Origin: Lama guanicoe
Lineage: Eukaryota
Length of the DNA stretch: 64,000 bases
Assembly: GCA_013239625.1 (NCBI GenBank)
Contig: MU054541.1
Location: 17,024,567-17,088,566, forward strand
Reading direction: 5' to 3'
Below, one piece after another: positions 36,953-48,897 of the stretch. Below the pieces are notes generated by a model, which saw only the letters and a program-made list of their open reading frames with translations, did not search any database and was not told where the DNA came from. How positions within the stretch are numbered: the first letter of the stretch is position 1; the number at the start of each line of letters is the position of its first letter. The position numbers and the translations under genes are program-made.

Positions 36953-37291
36953 CGGCCGCCCAGTCCGAGTCCGGGCCCGCGGGCTGGTGCCGGGCCGCCG
37001 CCTCCCCTGCGCTCGCGACTCCGCGGCGCCTCCGGCCGCCGAGGAGGGTCGGGGCGGCGGAGAGGGCCGGACGAGGACGCGGCCCACGGCCTTGAACGCG
37101 CGCAGCCGCTTCCAGGCGGGAACGGGAGAAAGGAGCCCAAACTAGAAAACAAGAAGACGCCGGCTCGCCGCACCGCCTGCGCCTTCCAGGAGGCTCTGCC
37201 CCAGCCGCCGGCGAAGGCGGCCAGATAACCAGGGCGGGGGGCAGCGCGCCGGCCGCCTGCCCGGGCCCGCGTCACCTTTTTTTCAGTCTCT
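36895..37291 (-). other. FOXC1: FOXC1 5' UTR (GC-rich); TSS probably in or near the N-run 37,292-37,422
   Basis: Contiguous GC-rich sequence upstream of the predicted ATG and downstream of CCAAT/GC-box motifs. Confidence 0.6.
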
Positions 37292-37422
37292 NNNNNNNNN
37301 NNNNNNNNNNNNNNNNNNNNNNNNNNNNNNNNNNNNNNNNNNNNNNNNNNNNNNNNNNNNNNNNNNNNNNNNNNNNNNNNNNNNNNNNNNNNNNNNNNNN
37401 NNNNNNNNNNNNNNNNNNNNNN

Positions 37423-37900
37423 AGCCAATGGGAGGCGGGAACGCCTCCGAGGGAGTCGGAGGCCGAGCCGGGCCGGCCTGCGCCCCGCCGCGGAGGACCG
37501 AGGGGCTGACCACACGCGCGCCGGCTCGCCTGTCCTGCTCCCGCTCCCGCTCCCGGCCCGCGCCTGGCCGGAGCCCGCAGCCGCGCGCCTCGCGCCCTGC
37601 CGCCCGCGCCAGGCCCCGTTCTCCACCCCGGGCCCTCCGCTGGACGTCCATTGTTCCCGCAGACTTCTCGGGTCCTCCAGGCCCCACGTAGATCCTTCCT
37701 CCGCCCGCTGTTCCCAGATGTCACCGAGTCCTCGAGCCGCGTCTCGCGCTGGCTCTCTCCCATTCCTTGGCTGATGTGGCCGGCTCCAGCGCCGGGATTT
37801 CCCGAGCCGCTCCTCCCCTTCTCCTCTCCCCTCCCCTGTCCCTCTCTTCTCCTCTCCTCCCACTCCACCTCTTCCCTCCCCTCCCCTCCCCGAGCGCCAG
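37423..37900 (-). promoter_or_regulatory. FOXC1 proximal promoter: CCAAT box (37,425-37,429), GC-box-like GGAGGCGGGA, pyrimidine-rich tract 37,810-37,890
   Basis: agCCAATgggaggcggga lies next to the gap that likely contains the TSS, within a CpG island. Confidence 0.65.
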
Positions 37901-39899
37901 TCTCCCTGGCTCCCAGAGGTCTCCAGGTTTCCCCCACCTGGAGGCTCTCCAGTCCTGAGCTGGGCTACAAAGGGCACTGTTCTAAGGGCTCCGTCACAGC
38001 CGAGCTCCTTTCCTGGTGGGGGAGGAGTTGTTGCCCCCACCTCTCCTTCCCCGCGACCCCTCCCCATTAGAAATAAGGGAGGGGGATATGGGGCCTTGCC
38101 TGGAGCTTGGGGCCGCGGCTGGCGATCAGGGGTGCCTGCGGTGCGTGCTGCTGGAGCCTGGGGAAGCCAGGCTCCTCTTGGGGGTTCACCGCCACCGCCC
38201 CCTCTCGTCGAGTCCGGCATCTTTCGGCTCAGAGGAGGGATCAGGCTGCAGGCTCAGTGACAATAGCAGGTGTGAGGACAAGAAGCAAATAAATACGTCC
38301 CACCTCCTCCTCCACATGTGCGTGGCTGCCTGCTCGCAGAGATAAGGGGTGTGATTGGGGGTTGGGGGGAGTTCAGAATCGCACAGGCAGGGCGGCTCAG
38401 GGGTTCTGGGGGATAAACACAGAGGAGAATCCTCGAGCAAGCGTCAGAGACTCGCAGTTTTCAGGTGACTGGGATGGAATGGGGAGGAGAGAAACGAGAG
38501 GGAAACCCCCAAGGGGCAGGAAGGAGATGGGCCTCCCTCTGCCTGCCGCGCGATTCTGCATTTTCCGGCAACGCCGAAAAGCCATTCCTGGTCCTTTACT
38601 GGAAGCTGGAGGAGCTGGCGAGTCTAGGAAGCTGTGAGGAAGAGCAACTCACACCTCCATCCCCCAAATTCTGACAATCTTTAACTGCGAGGACGTGTTG
38701 GGAAGCCTTTTGGCTGCCCGGATCGAATCCGGCTTTCTCACTCCTCACAGTTGGAACTGCCACCCCAGTCTAGGTGTTAGTCAGCCCTGTGCAGTTTTAA
38801 CATGCTGTGTTTCGGAGTGGACCCTTAAATGGAGAGAAGTGGGGGCCAGCCCCTTCTGAACTCGCCTGGTGCCGTGAAGCCCCGGCTCCCAGGCTCTGCG
38901 CGGGCCTGCTGAGCGCCTGGGCCGCTCGCGATCTTCCTTTCCTACGCGTCCGCAAGGCCGCGTCGCCACGGCTGGATGAAATACGACTTATCGGCAGGAG
39001 CCTCAGTATTCCTAAACATTTGTGGAGGGGAAGAGGTGAGAGAGGCCCCGAGACAGGAAAAAGGAATTCGTGTGCAGCCTCTGCACCGCACCCGGACGGA
39101 ATCAGCCCCTTCGGCCGCGGCTTTCTGGGCCCTCTGGCGTCAGCCTCGAGGCCGAGTGAGTCAATGGTCGCACCGAACACCTCGCCATTTGGTGACTTCG
39201 ACCTTTAAACTGCGTTTCCGCTGCTCCTGGCGCGCTAGCTGGAACGCAGCGTTGGCGACTCGGCCGCCGCGCGGGAGACGGTGGTGCGGCGCTGCCCCCG
39301 GTCCCCGCGCCGCCTCCCCTGCTCCCCGCTCCGCGGCCGGAGAGGTGGAAACAGCTGGTTACATAAACTGCAAATCCGACCGCGGGGCTGTGCTCGGCCC
39401 CGCTTCGGGTATAAAAGTCGCCGTGGTGAAATTAGTATCTGGCGTGCGGAAGAAAGGAGGGCGCCGTTTATGAAGATCGGCTTTCTCCTGGTCGAGCTCT
39501 GGACATTCGCCAGGAAAAGATACTTGCATTTGTGTTTTATAAGCTTCCTCGGAAGCAAACCTCCACTACACGGCTTGATTCTATTTCAAATTTCAAGTAC
39601 TTGACTTACGTTATTGTTGGTGTTACACGAAAATTGAGGTGCAGAAATGGTGTCTTTGGGGAATGGGTTAAAGGTTTTATTTTCAGGTTAGAGTTTCTGA
39701 TGCCCCCCCTTTGCTGCTCCACGGGTAGTTCCATCACTGTGTCCCCCACAACCCTGACTCAACTGGCAGAAATGCTGCCGCCGGAAACCTTGGGCTGCTT
39801 TCTGACACCTCGTGGCTGCGGCCTGAAGGTCCTGCAGGGGACAGCGGTAATGGATGTTTGGTGGGACTGTCGCTGGCCCTTGCCGCCCCATCCCCTCCC

Positions 39900-42850
39900 T
39901 GACCCGCCAGCGGGGTCATAATTCCCGGGGCGTCGAGGGGCCTTAGCTCCGGGAGGGGCTGACGTCACAGCCATGCCGAAACAGGCCTCCCGGGCCCTAG
40001 GCTGGAAAAGCACTGGGAAAGGGGGTGGTGAGCCCTCCAGGAAGTGCCCAGTTCGGGATGTGGTGACCCCGCATCAGGAGGGGAGGGGTGGTGCCCCAAT
40101 GCAGGCCACCAGGAGCCAGAGGAGCTCTTTTTCTCTTCTTCTAAAGAAAAAGAGAATAGGGGTCAGGGTGGGGCCCGGATTCCAGAAGAGCACTCCCGGG
40201 AAGGGTGAGCCCAGCCCGAGGTGCGAGGATTCTCCTCCAGTCAGAGAACCCCAGCCCTGGTCAGGTGCTCTCACGGGACACGCACAGGCCCCTTCTGTCC
40301 ACTGTCTCGGCGTATGCGGGCCCTGGCTCTGGGCTGTGCCGGGAAGCTGGCCTGTCGGGAGCTCGGGACTGGCTGGGGCCGCTTGGCCCAGTAACTGGGG
40401 GAGTCAGGAGAGGCTGGCTTTCCAAGCCGAGGGCAGGGGCTCCCTGTCTAGACCTGGGGGCTTTGCAACCCCGGGGCTCCAAGTCGCCCTCACCGCAGCG
40501 AGATGGGTAGAGGATGAACGCTCCCCGCTAGACTGAAGTCACAAGCAATTGTAGCCAAGTCCGTTTCGGGGTGTCTTTGAGCTATTCAGGTACTTGACTG
40601 AGTTCTCCATATGGCCTCGTTTATGAAGACCAGAAGCCCGGGGGCGGGGGAGGGTAGGCGGCTGTCAGTTACTGTTATTCGTTACCAAACCGTCAGCGGG
40701 CAGGTAGCGCTGGTCCTCCGCGGAGGGAGGGGCGGGGACCCAACGTCTGGGCGGCCGAGACTCCAGGCGGATCAACTTCTCTCTTAGCTGGGGGGTTTCT
40801 GAGTAGAGATTCTGTTAACGCAGTCTTCCTAATTCAGCTCCCTCCTTAGTAGACAAATAATTCCTACGATAAATGAAAACAGCGTTTATTTTTCGATTGT
40901 GTTTTAAAGACAGGGTGATCTCCATGTTTGAATGTATTGTTTAGTTGCTCTGCTAAGGGCAGCGTCCACAGGCAGTTTCTGGGGTGGGTAATTTAACTCC
41001 CCCCAAGACCCCAAGACAGGCCGTTCCATTAATTACTCTCACGGGAGGGAGTGTGCCAGCACCTGTTCGCGGTCACCACCGGGTCGGCCCACCTGTCGCC
41101 CCTTTGCAGGAAAGCATGTCTTCCAGAGCGGTTCTGGGGTCCACTGCGAGCTCGGTACCAAGGACGAACCGCAGGACAAGGGAAAGTGCAGCTTTAACCT
41201 CGGTGCCCGGCTGCGCACGACTGGGCTTCCTTTGTCCATCCAGGACAAAAATAAAATTCGTGAAAGGTGGATGAATGGGAAGGACTAGTCACGCGCTCCT
41301 CGTTTTCTCCCCATCCAGGTCCCTGTTAGACTCGGGGCGCAACCGCCAACGGGGCCTTAACGGGAGAGGCCCCTGCCGCTCCAGCTTAGCCACTGGGGCT
41401 CATCCGCTACGCGGTGGAAGACCCTAGAGCCCCCGAGGCCGCAGCGCGGCGCGGGGACGCGGGGTGCGCGGAGCAGGCGTCTGCCGCACCCACGCATGCT
41501 ACAGGTGGCCGAGGAAAGAACTCGGCAGTGGACAGACCTGCAGACAGGCAGGCCCTGGGGGAGGGGTCGGCGGCCCCGTCCTGCGAGCAGTCGCCTTCCC
41601 GGCTCTCCGGACTGGCCCCGGGGTCCCATAAGCTGGGCTGCGCCCTGCTCCCGCCCGGGCGGCCTGCGGAGCCTGAGTCCCGACGCCCTGGTCCCTCCGT
41701 GTGCGGGCGGCCCGGGCCCTGGGACGCGCCCCCGACGTCCCGCGTCTACCCGCCCGGCCTGGTGCGCGTAGGGTGCGGACAGCGTAGTCCCCAGGCCGTG
41801 GGGCGGCGGTGAGGCCCTCGGCCCGGGCCGCTGTCGGTGCCCTCAGGGCAAGGACCCGGCCGGCTCTGCGCAGCCGGCCTCCCGGTCCCCGCGTACGTCT
41901 GTGCCTGGGAGCGCCGCCCGGTGTTCCCCACAGGCTTCCAGCCGCGCCCCCGAGCGCCAGGAGGGGAGGGAGGGGAGGGAGGGGAGGCAGGGGCGTCTCG
42001 GGGCCGCTCCCGAAGCTGGAGCTCCGGGCTACGGGGTGCAGGTCCCCGGCCAACCCGCCCCTCGACCTGGCCTGCCCGCCGCACGGGCTCTGGCGGCGAC
42101 CCTGCGCGCGCCCCGAGCGCCCCCTGCTGTCCGCAGCCCTCTGGGCGACCTGAGGCCCCAACGCCCGCCCCTCCCAGCTCCTGCGGAGCAGCCCCGGGGA
42201 AAGGGCTCTGAGGAAGGGGACCCGGGGGAGGCCACGCCGCTGGAGGGCCCCGGTCTTGCTCCTGACTTTAGCACCCTGCAACCTACCCAGGGTCCCGGCA
42301 GGAAGAGTCTGGTCTGGAGGTCCCTTGAAGGGACCGGCTCAGACACCCAGGCGCAGGCCGCGGCGCTTTTGTTCCTGGGACCCGAGGTGACCTGGTAGGA
42401 GGCTTGCAGCCACCGGCTACATTCCTTCCTAGCGGCCCCTTTAATTGATGTGCATGTTACAGAAAAAGCAGGGCCGCCTCCTCAAGTGAATTACATTCTG
42501 GGAGATGCCAAGGAATGTATTTACTGGCAGCCAGGTTTGCCAATAAAAGTTGCAAATGAAGACCGCTGGTTTCCAGGAAAAAGTACTTGTTTTTCAACCG
42601 CTCCTTAAGTCTTAATTACGGAAAACCGAACCTCCAAAGAACCGGTTTGGAGAACAAGGCGAGAAAGGCCGGGAACGCGGCCGTGGCTCGTTCCCACACC
42701 CGCACGCGCATCGCCGCCCGGAGACCCGCACGCCCACGCACGACGCACAGACGTGCGCGCGCGCGCGGCGGCCCCCGCCGCGGAGCCTCAGCATTTACAT
42801 GCGCGTCAGACAGACGCGGCGAGACGCTGGCACGGGGCAGGTATGCGTTC
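39900..42850 (-). ncRNA. Region positionally equivalent to human lncRNA FOXCUT (LINC01379); transcription in this species not shown
   Basis: Position only. Human FOXCUT lies a few kb upstream of FOXC1 on the same strand, and a CpG island sits here. No exon could be verified. Confidence 0.3.
41300..42850. promoter_or_regulatory. Upstream CpG island, 4-5.5 kb 5' of FOXC1
   Basis: Dense CpG at 41,300-42,400 and 42,650-42,850, including a (GC)n run at about 42,755-42,767. Confidence 0.75.
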
Positions 42851-43999
42851 GGATTAGTAGTATTTAGTTTGGAAACGAAGATAAAAGAAAAGATACACTC
42901 TGGCGAACAGAGAGGCAAATTTCCACAGAATAGTAAGTAGAAATAAAGGTACGAAAGGAAGAAGTAGGAAGAAGTTTACTTGCTGCGTAATATTCACCGT
43001 GACTACGCTTGTATTTTTTAAGGCCAACAGTTGACTCGCGTTAAACACCAAATTATAGGCAACAGACAAACCCAGAGCTTGCTCTTCCCGACGTCCCCTT
43101 GGCTTGGGATCACAAAGACCCCAGCTGGAAAGAGAAAAAGTCATTCTGGAAGCTGGCCTCCTCCTTCTGCAGAGGGCAGCCTTCGGGGCAGCGGGTAAAT
43201 GCTGGGGAGGGGGTGCGAACTTGCTTGCCAGGACAGCTCTCCAGCCTTAACTGCAGACCCTCAGAAAGCACCGATGAGTTTGTCTTCCTGCCGGGTGCTG
43301 TGAGCGGCCTTTTCATTTAACCCTGATCTGCATCTTGTGCAGGAGGAAGCAGGGCGTGAGAATGAGCGACCTGCAGACACCACACAGCTCCCTCGGGACT
43401 TCACTCCCCTTGGTCTCCGCAGCTCTAAGATGCCATTTATGACAAGGGACATTGCTCATGTGCCACCAAATGAAGAAAAAGTTGAACTCTTAAACATTGT
43501 TGGTGGGAAGTCTCGCCTTGATTTCAGATGTTAAAATTGCATTTCAGATCGATGATGCGTGGATTAATTCAGTGAATCCACGGATATTTGGAGGTTTCCC
43601 TGGGCAGCGTTATCCCAGCAGCCAGAGGCATCACCCTATGCTGGGCATCTCTGGGAAGGTAAATACTGATAATGTGATGACGCAGGGCAATGTTCATCCA
43701 CCTTAGTGCTTGCACCCACCATCCCTGTACGTAACTTGTGTTGGGCTGCAGACACTCCGGTCCAGGCCCTGTGGCTGATTTTGCTCCTGTCCCCAGTGCT
43801 GTCTTGGCTCCTTTCCTGGGTTTCCCTTCCTTTCTCAAGGAAGATTCTCCTGGGAATAGGTGCAGGAGGGCAAGGTAATCTTTCCTGCCCTCCCTTCGCA
43901 GGGCACCATGCCGCTGGGAGCACCAGGACCCTGCTCTGTGCCCTCCCAAGACTCAGAGAGGAGGCGGGGGAGGGACAGAGCCGCCAGGCTGGTCTCCAG

Positions 44000-44080
44000 G
44001 ACCCCATGAGGGAAATGCCCAGCTGTCCCATCACAGAGAGGGAAACCGAGGCTCAGAGCACCTGCCTCTGAAGTGGCCAA
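44000..44080 (-). mobile_element. MIR SINE fragment
   Basis: tcccatcacagagagggaaaccgaggctcagag resembles cccattttacagatgaggaaactgaggctcagag. Confidence 0.65.
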
Positions 44081-47000
44081 GCCCAGGCTCCCACTCAGAG
44101 TGTGCAGAGGCCTGTCCAGTGGCCCCAGCACGTCTCCCAGCTCCTCAGCCCCAGTCCCACCAAGCTCCTGTTGTTCAAGGCAGCGGGGGCCTAAGGCTGA
44201 ATCAGGTTGGGGTGGGACCGGGAAGGTGAGAGGCAGGTGGGAGAGAGGACGAGTGAGGAGGGCAGGGCCTCTTCTCTTTACAGAAAACAGTTCCTCCTCT
44301 GCCCGACTCAGACTTGATCTGGGCCTGGAGGATTGACCCAGAAGCCAGTAGTGAGGCTGGAAAGCCGTGGCACAGAGCCAGGGAGCCCCTGCAGCTTCAG
44401 CCAGGCCTGCGGGGCAGGGGCTCGGCCTCTTGGGAGCCTCTCCAGAGCAGGGGCTCTGCTCCCCCAGGGAGCGAGCAGCAGAGTGTGCCGGCCCCTGTGG
44501 TGCCCAGGGCCCTGCCCCAGGACTGCCTGCGTCCTCCCAGGAAGAGCCAGGAGCGCCTGGCCCTGGTGAGTGGGCTCGTCAACGGTGGCCGCAAAAGGCG
44601 GTGGGCGCCTTGGGCCAGACTCCCCGGGGACCCTGGCCCCCGCCGGCCAGCCCTGGCGACAGTCTGGGACTGTCCTGCTTCTCTTCAAGACCGGCCGGCG
44701 TGGGCGTCTGGCCTCCCTCTGTCTGTCCCCTTTGCATGCGGAGGAAGCTTCTTTTAAAGGCCGGCCGCTGTGTCCGCAGGCACACACGTAATCCCGCACC
44801 AGGGCCTGTGTTTAGTCTGTCTCGCTGACGTCCTTCCTGAACAGATGGGAAGAGGAAACGCTTCCCTCGGCCATTTTTGCCTTCCCTGTACCCTGGCCCA
44901 TCCATCATTTTCTCACCTACCGTCGCCGGGCGGCCAAGTCTGTCCCGGCAGCCGGCGTCCCAGCAGAGGCCTCTCCTCGTGCTCCTTCTAACACAAAGGT
45001 TTACATTACTGGATATCCCTGCGAGGAAACAGGCTCCAGATTAGATAAGGTTAAATTACACTTTTATAAGGTGCCAGTATCGTCTTAGAAGACGTTCTCT
45101 TTTTATGTGAGTGAGCGCTGGTAATAAGTTTGTTTTTGTACTTATCTCTCCTCTGAAGCAGACGACATCTACACACACCGTGACTTACTAGGGAGAGGAC
45201 CGCTCACTGCCCAGTGGGGGACGGTTAGCTGCTTGCCGAGGAAGAGCCAGCGGCTCCAAGTGGCTGTGTCCTGGGAGCTGACCTGGCCGCCAGGCAGAAC
45301 CGCCAGGCTTCGCGTGGACGTGGCAGAGCGCCGGTGCCCGCCCAGGGGGCGGCCCATGGCAGTCCTCACTGGCCACTGTGTGAGTCCTCGCCCTCAGAGA
45401 TGATCTGGTGGGTGTATTTGCTTTAGTAAGGAGCCCGTCCAGAGGCAGGCAGACTTGTCACTAGGAAAACGTTTTGGCAGGCGTCGGGCATAAGAGGAAA
45501 ACAGGCAGGCTCCTCCCTCCTTCTGCCGCGGGGAGCACGGACACGCGGCTGTCGGGTGTCAGTTGCGGTGTCCAGGTTGGCTTTCCCGTGACCAGCACTG
45601 TCAGCAGTGTGGCCTGTTGTCTCCAGCGTGGCTCCGCCTTTCTCAGGCCGTGATGCTCTGTCCATTTCAACTTGTCTTTGGATAGTTGGAGAGAGGGGGC
45701 CAGTGCACTGCAGCCATGTTTCCTTTCAGTTTTAAATGAATTTTGAAAAATCTGTGTTTCATATTTCTCCTGAGCTTGGCCGAGTTTGAATGTTCCTCGA
45801 CCGTGCACCAAATGAAGTGAGACGAGCAAGGCCTTCCTGCCCCCCTCCTCCTCCCTGGTTTGCGCATCGGCTCCTCTGGCGGCTTCCCCACCACGTTGCC
45901 AACTTCTCGGAGAGTCGGTTATCAGGTGGTGTTGACAGTCTGTTGTGAGGCTCATAAAGGGACAGTTATACTTTCTTTTCCAAGGTGCCAGACATTTTCC
46001 AAGTAGATGTTTTAGAGCCTGGAAGGCATGCGCTAGCAGATCTGAGTAATACAGAACACAAGGCAAGCGCTAGATTCGAAGTTCTCGGTCCTGTTCCTTC
46101 AAAAGCAAATTTCTCTGATCCACCTGGGCCTGCTCTTCCAACAGCATGACCTTCTGTGCCGCCCACCGACCAGCGAGCGCCGCAGTGCCTGCGTTGGGCC
46201 AGAGGAGGCGGCGAGGAGCGCTCGCTGTGTTCTTCCTCTAGGGAGAGGTTTGAGTTTTGAACAGGCCGCTTGAATATCTGCCTGGATAGATTCCATTCGT
46301 CTTCTCCCACTGTGCCCGCTTCTGGCCATTTAATACTATATTGAAAACCTGAGGCCAGCCGGGTGTGGGGCACAGCAGGAGAGAGCGGAGGTGAGGGGGG
46401 CGGTCAGCCGGGGGACCACACTGTGAGGGAAAGGCTCGTGGGCCTTTCGTTGATGCCACTTCCTGTGAGAAAGCGGAGTGAGTACAGCTCTGAGTTCTCT
46501 GCCAACCTCGTTTGGAAGGGCTCCTTACCCCCCTGGGCGGAGGTGGGGTGGGTGTGCAGACATTCCACTGGTGCTGCGGGGAGGCCCTCTTGTCACCTGG
46601 CTGGTGATTCCGCCTGAGCCCCCCTGGGGGCCAGCTGTTGAGACCGGGGTGGCCCTCCGTGAGCTGGCTGGGTGTCTCTTTTTCTTTTGCAGGAGGGGGT
46701 AGGGTATTTTTACTCAAGTATGCCTCCTCTTTTCTTTTTGTTTTTTTTGAAGATGCATGAACTAACACTTCAGTGCGAATTCCTTCTGCAGCATCCATTT
46801 TCCTCCAGTGGAGACGCTGTGCCCCTGCTGGGGGCCAGTGGGACAGGAAGACCCCAATGGGGAGAAGGCCAAGACCGCTCCCCCTCACCTCTCCTATGGC
46901 ATGTCCACTCGGGGGGTGGCAAGACCAGTGCCCTGGCGTTGGACACCCTGGAACCAAGTGTCTCAGGAGCCAGAAACCAGCCTCTTGTCAGGAGCAGAGG

Positions 47001-48842
47001 GTCCGAGGGGAGGGAGGCTCTTGGCCTAGCCACCTGGGAACTCAGGCTCAGAGTGACCGTTCACGCCTGACAGAAGGCGCTGTCTGTCCCATGGTTTGGG
47101 ACCTTCTGGCAGCCGTCCTGCTGTGCACCATCTGCAGGAGGATGGGGGTCACCTAGGGCAGGAGCCGGGGAGGTCACCCCGTGCCCTGAGTCTGCTGGGC
47201 CCTCGCCCTCTCTCCCCGTTGAGTGTGGCGTCTCTGGGAGCGTCTCCCAGCTCGCTGTGGAGTGAGATGCCCGCCTGCTCCAGCTCCTGCCTGCGTTCAG
47301 TGTCCACCAGGAAAGCCATTTTTCTTTCTGACACGGATCCAAAATAAGAGTGACGGAGCACAGTCCTGTGGAGAGATATCCCTCCCCTAGTCATGTCCGT
47401 GGAACGGAACAGCCAGGCCTGCAAGCAGAGTCCCACAGAACTGCGCCTCCCCTCTTCCAGCGGAGGGGACCCTGCTGCCGGGCCCACCCCAGCGCGGGCT
47501 GCAGGCTGCGAGCAGCTCCACACAGGCGGGACAGCCAGCACCAGCTTACTTTGTTTTTGAAGGACAGCATAATATCCGTCTCTTTTAACTTAAAAGAGGG
47601 ATTTTTATAAAACGGTCTCAGTGGAGGACCTTTGGGATGCCTTTGAAAAAATAAACTGTAAATACAGGAAATGAAAGACCGGTGATTATAAATAGTAAAC
47701 GAGGAGCTCATTGGGTCTGTGAACGTCCACTGAAGGTCTCTGCCCCGACAGCACAGCTGACCGAGTTGTGCGTTCAAGTCTGATTTTGCCGAGAAAGGAA
47801 GCTGCAGGTGAGGATCCGCCGGCAGCATCCGGAGGGCGTCACGCGGGGCCGCACGTCACTGAGCGTTAGAGGGAAGTGTGTGACACAGACAGGGTGGTGA
47901 CGTCTAGGGGGACAGTCCTCTGTGTGCCGCAGGAGATACTTGAGTGTGAAGACACGCCAGTGTCAGCCTGCTGCAGAGTAAGCTGGTGCTAAACCCCAGT
48001 GAGGGTGTTCACAATGCAGACCTTGAAGCAAGACCTTTGAAGCAAACTGGACGTCCATGAGTGAGGACACCCACTTCACAGGATCACAGAGAAATCGTGG
48101 TTACGAGGACCGTGCAGATGTGACCTGGTGACCCCCGATAGTGCCTCTGGACAAAGCATGTCCAGGGAAGCATGAGAAGGAAACAGTGGTTGGGGTGGTG
48201 GGAAGACGCCGTGTGGCCTCTGAAGTTTCTGTGACGTGTGCTCAGCCAGGCTTTTACGTTACCACGTGGGAAAGTGGAATGTGGAAAACACCGCGTGCAG
48301 CCCGAGATACACAGGGTCACACAGGGTCGCATCAAGACGAGCTTCTCGGAAGCCCTCCTGCTGGGGCTGGGCCTGCAGATTCCGGGGACCAGTCCCGGGG
48401 GCGGGCCTCCCGGGAGGTGTGGGAAGAGGGGCAGTGGGTGTCGGTGGGGGAAGGAGAGGTGTAAATGGCCTGCAGTAATTTGGTGAGAGGAAGAGATAAA
48501 GAAGGGCCCCAAAGCCCTGGGAAGGCGGAGGGGCCTCGGCTGCTCCCAGCACCGGCATCGAGTTTCAGTAAAGCCCTTTATCTCCCTCTGCTCCGATGTT
48601 ATCTCGCCTTTAAAATGGTAAATCGTTTATATAACGTTCCTGATTCACAAAATGAAGGGGCTGAGTCACCACGAAGGCAAGTAGGGGAGAAGCTTGGAGT
48701 ATTGATTTCCCTCTGGTTCTGCATGAATCTTATCTCTGGGCTTGTGGCGGGGCGTGGGGAGGGAGCTGGGTGTGAGCAGGGAGAGGGCTGGGCAAGGGCC
48801 CGCGGCCTGTGGGCTGTTCTTCTGGTTCTTCTGGGCTGCTGC

Positions 48843-48864
48843 TGGTGGTGGTGGTGGTGGTGGT

Positions 48865-48893
<29 letters not shown>
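48843..48893. repeat. Compound microsatellite (TGG)7 + (TG)n
   Basis: Directly visible. Confidence 0.95.

Positions 48894-48897
<4 letters not shown>

Larger units (their letters stand above)
35250..37800. promoter_or_regulatory. CpG island spanning the FOXC1 CDS and promoter
   Basis: Dense CpG on both sides of the N-runs. Confidence 0.85.

Noticed and set aside
35115-37228. Antisense and alternate-frame ORFs (281, 254, 369, 389, 256 aa) over FOXC1
   Set aside because: Shadows of a GC-rich CDS and of N-runs; Arg/Gly/Pro/Ala-biased with no recognisable domain.
35281-38220. 979-aa ORF as a giant FOXC1 isoform
   Set aside because: It is read through two N-runs and the promoter. The true start is predicted at about 36,894, and the upstream part is GC-rich non-coding sequence.
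47870-48300. Possible + strand L1ME 3' UTR fragment (similar weak candidates near 10,000-10,300 and 30,050-30,230)
   Set aside because: Similarity is too faint to support by eye; needs a Dfam search.
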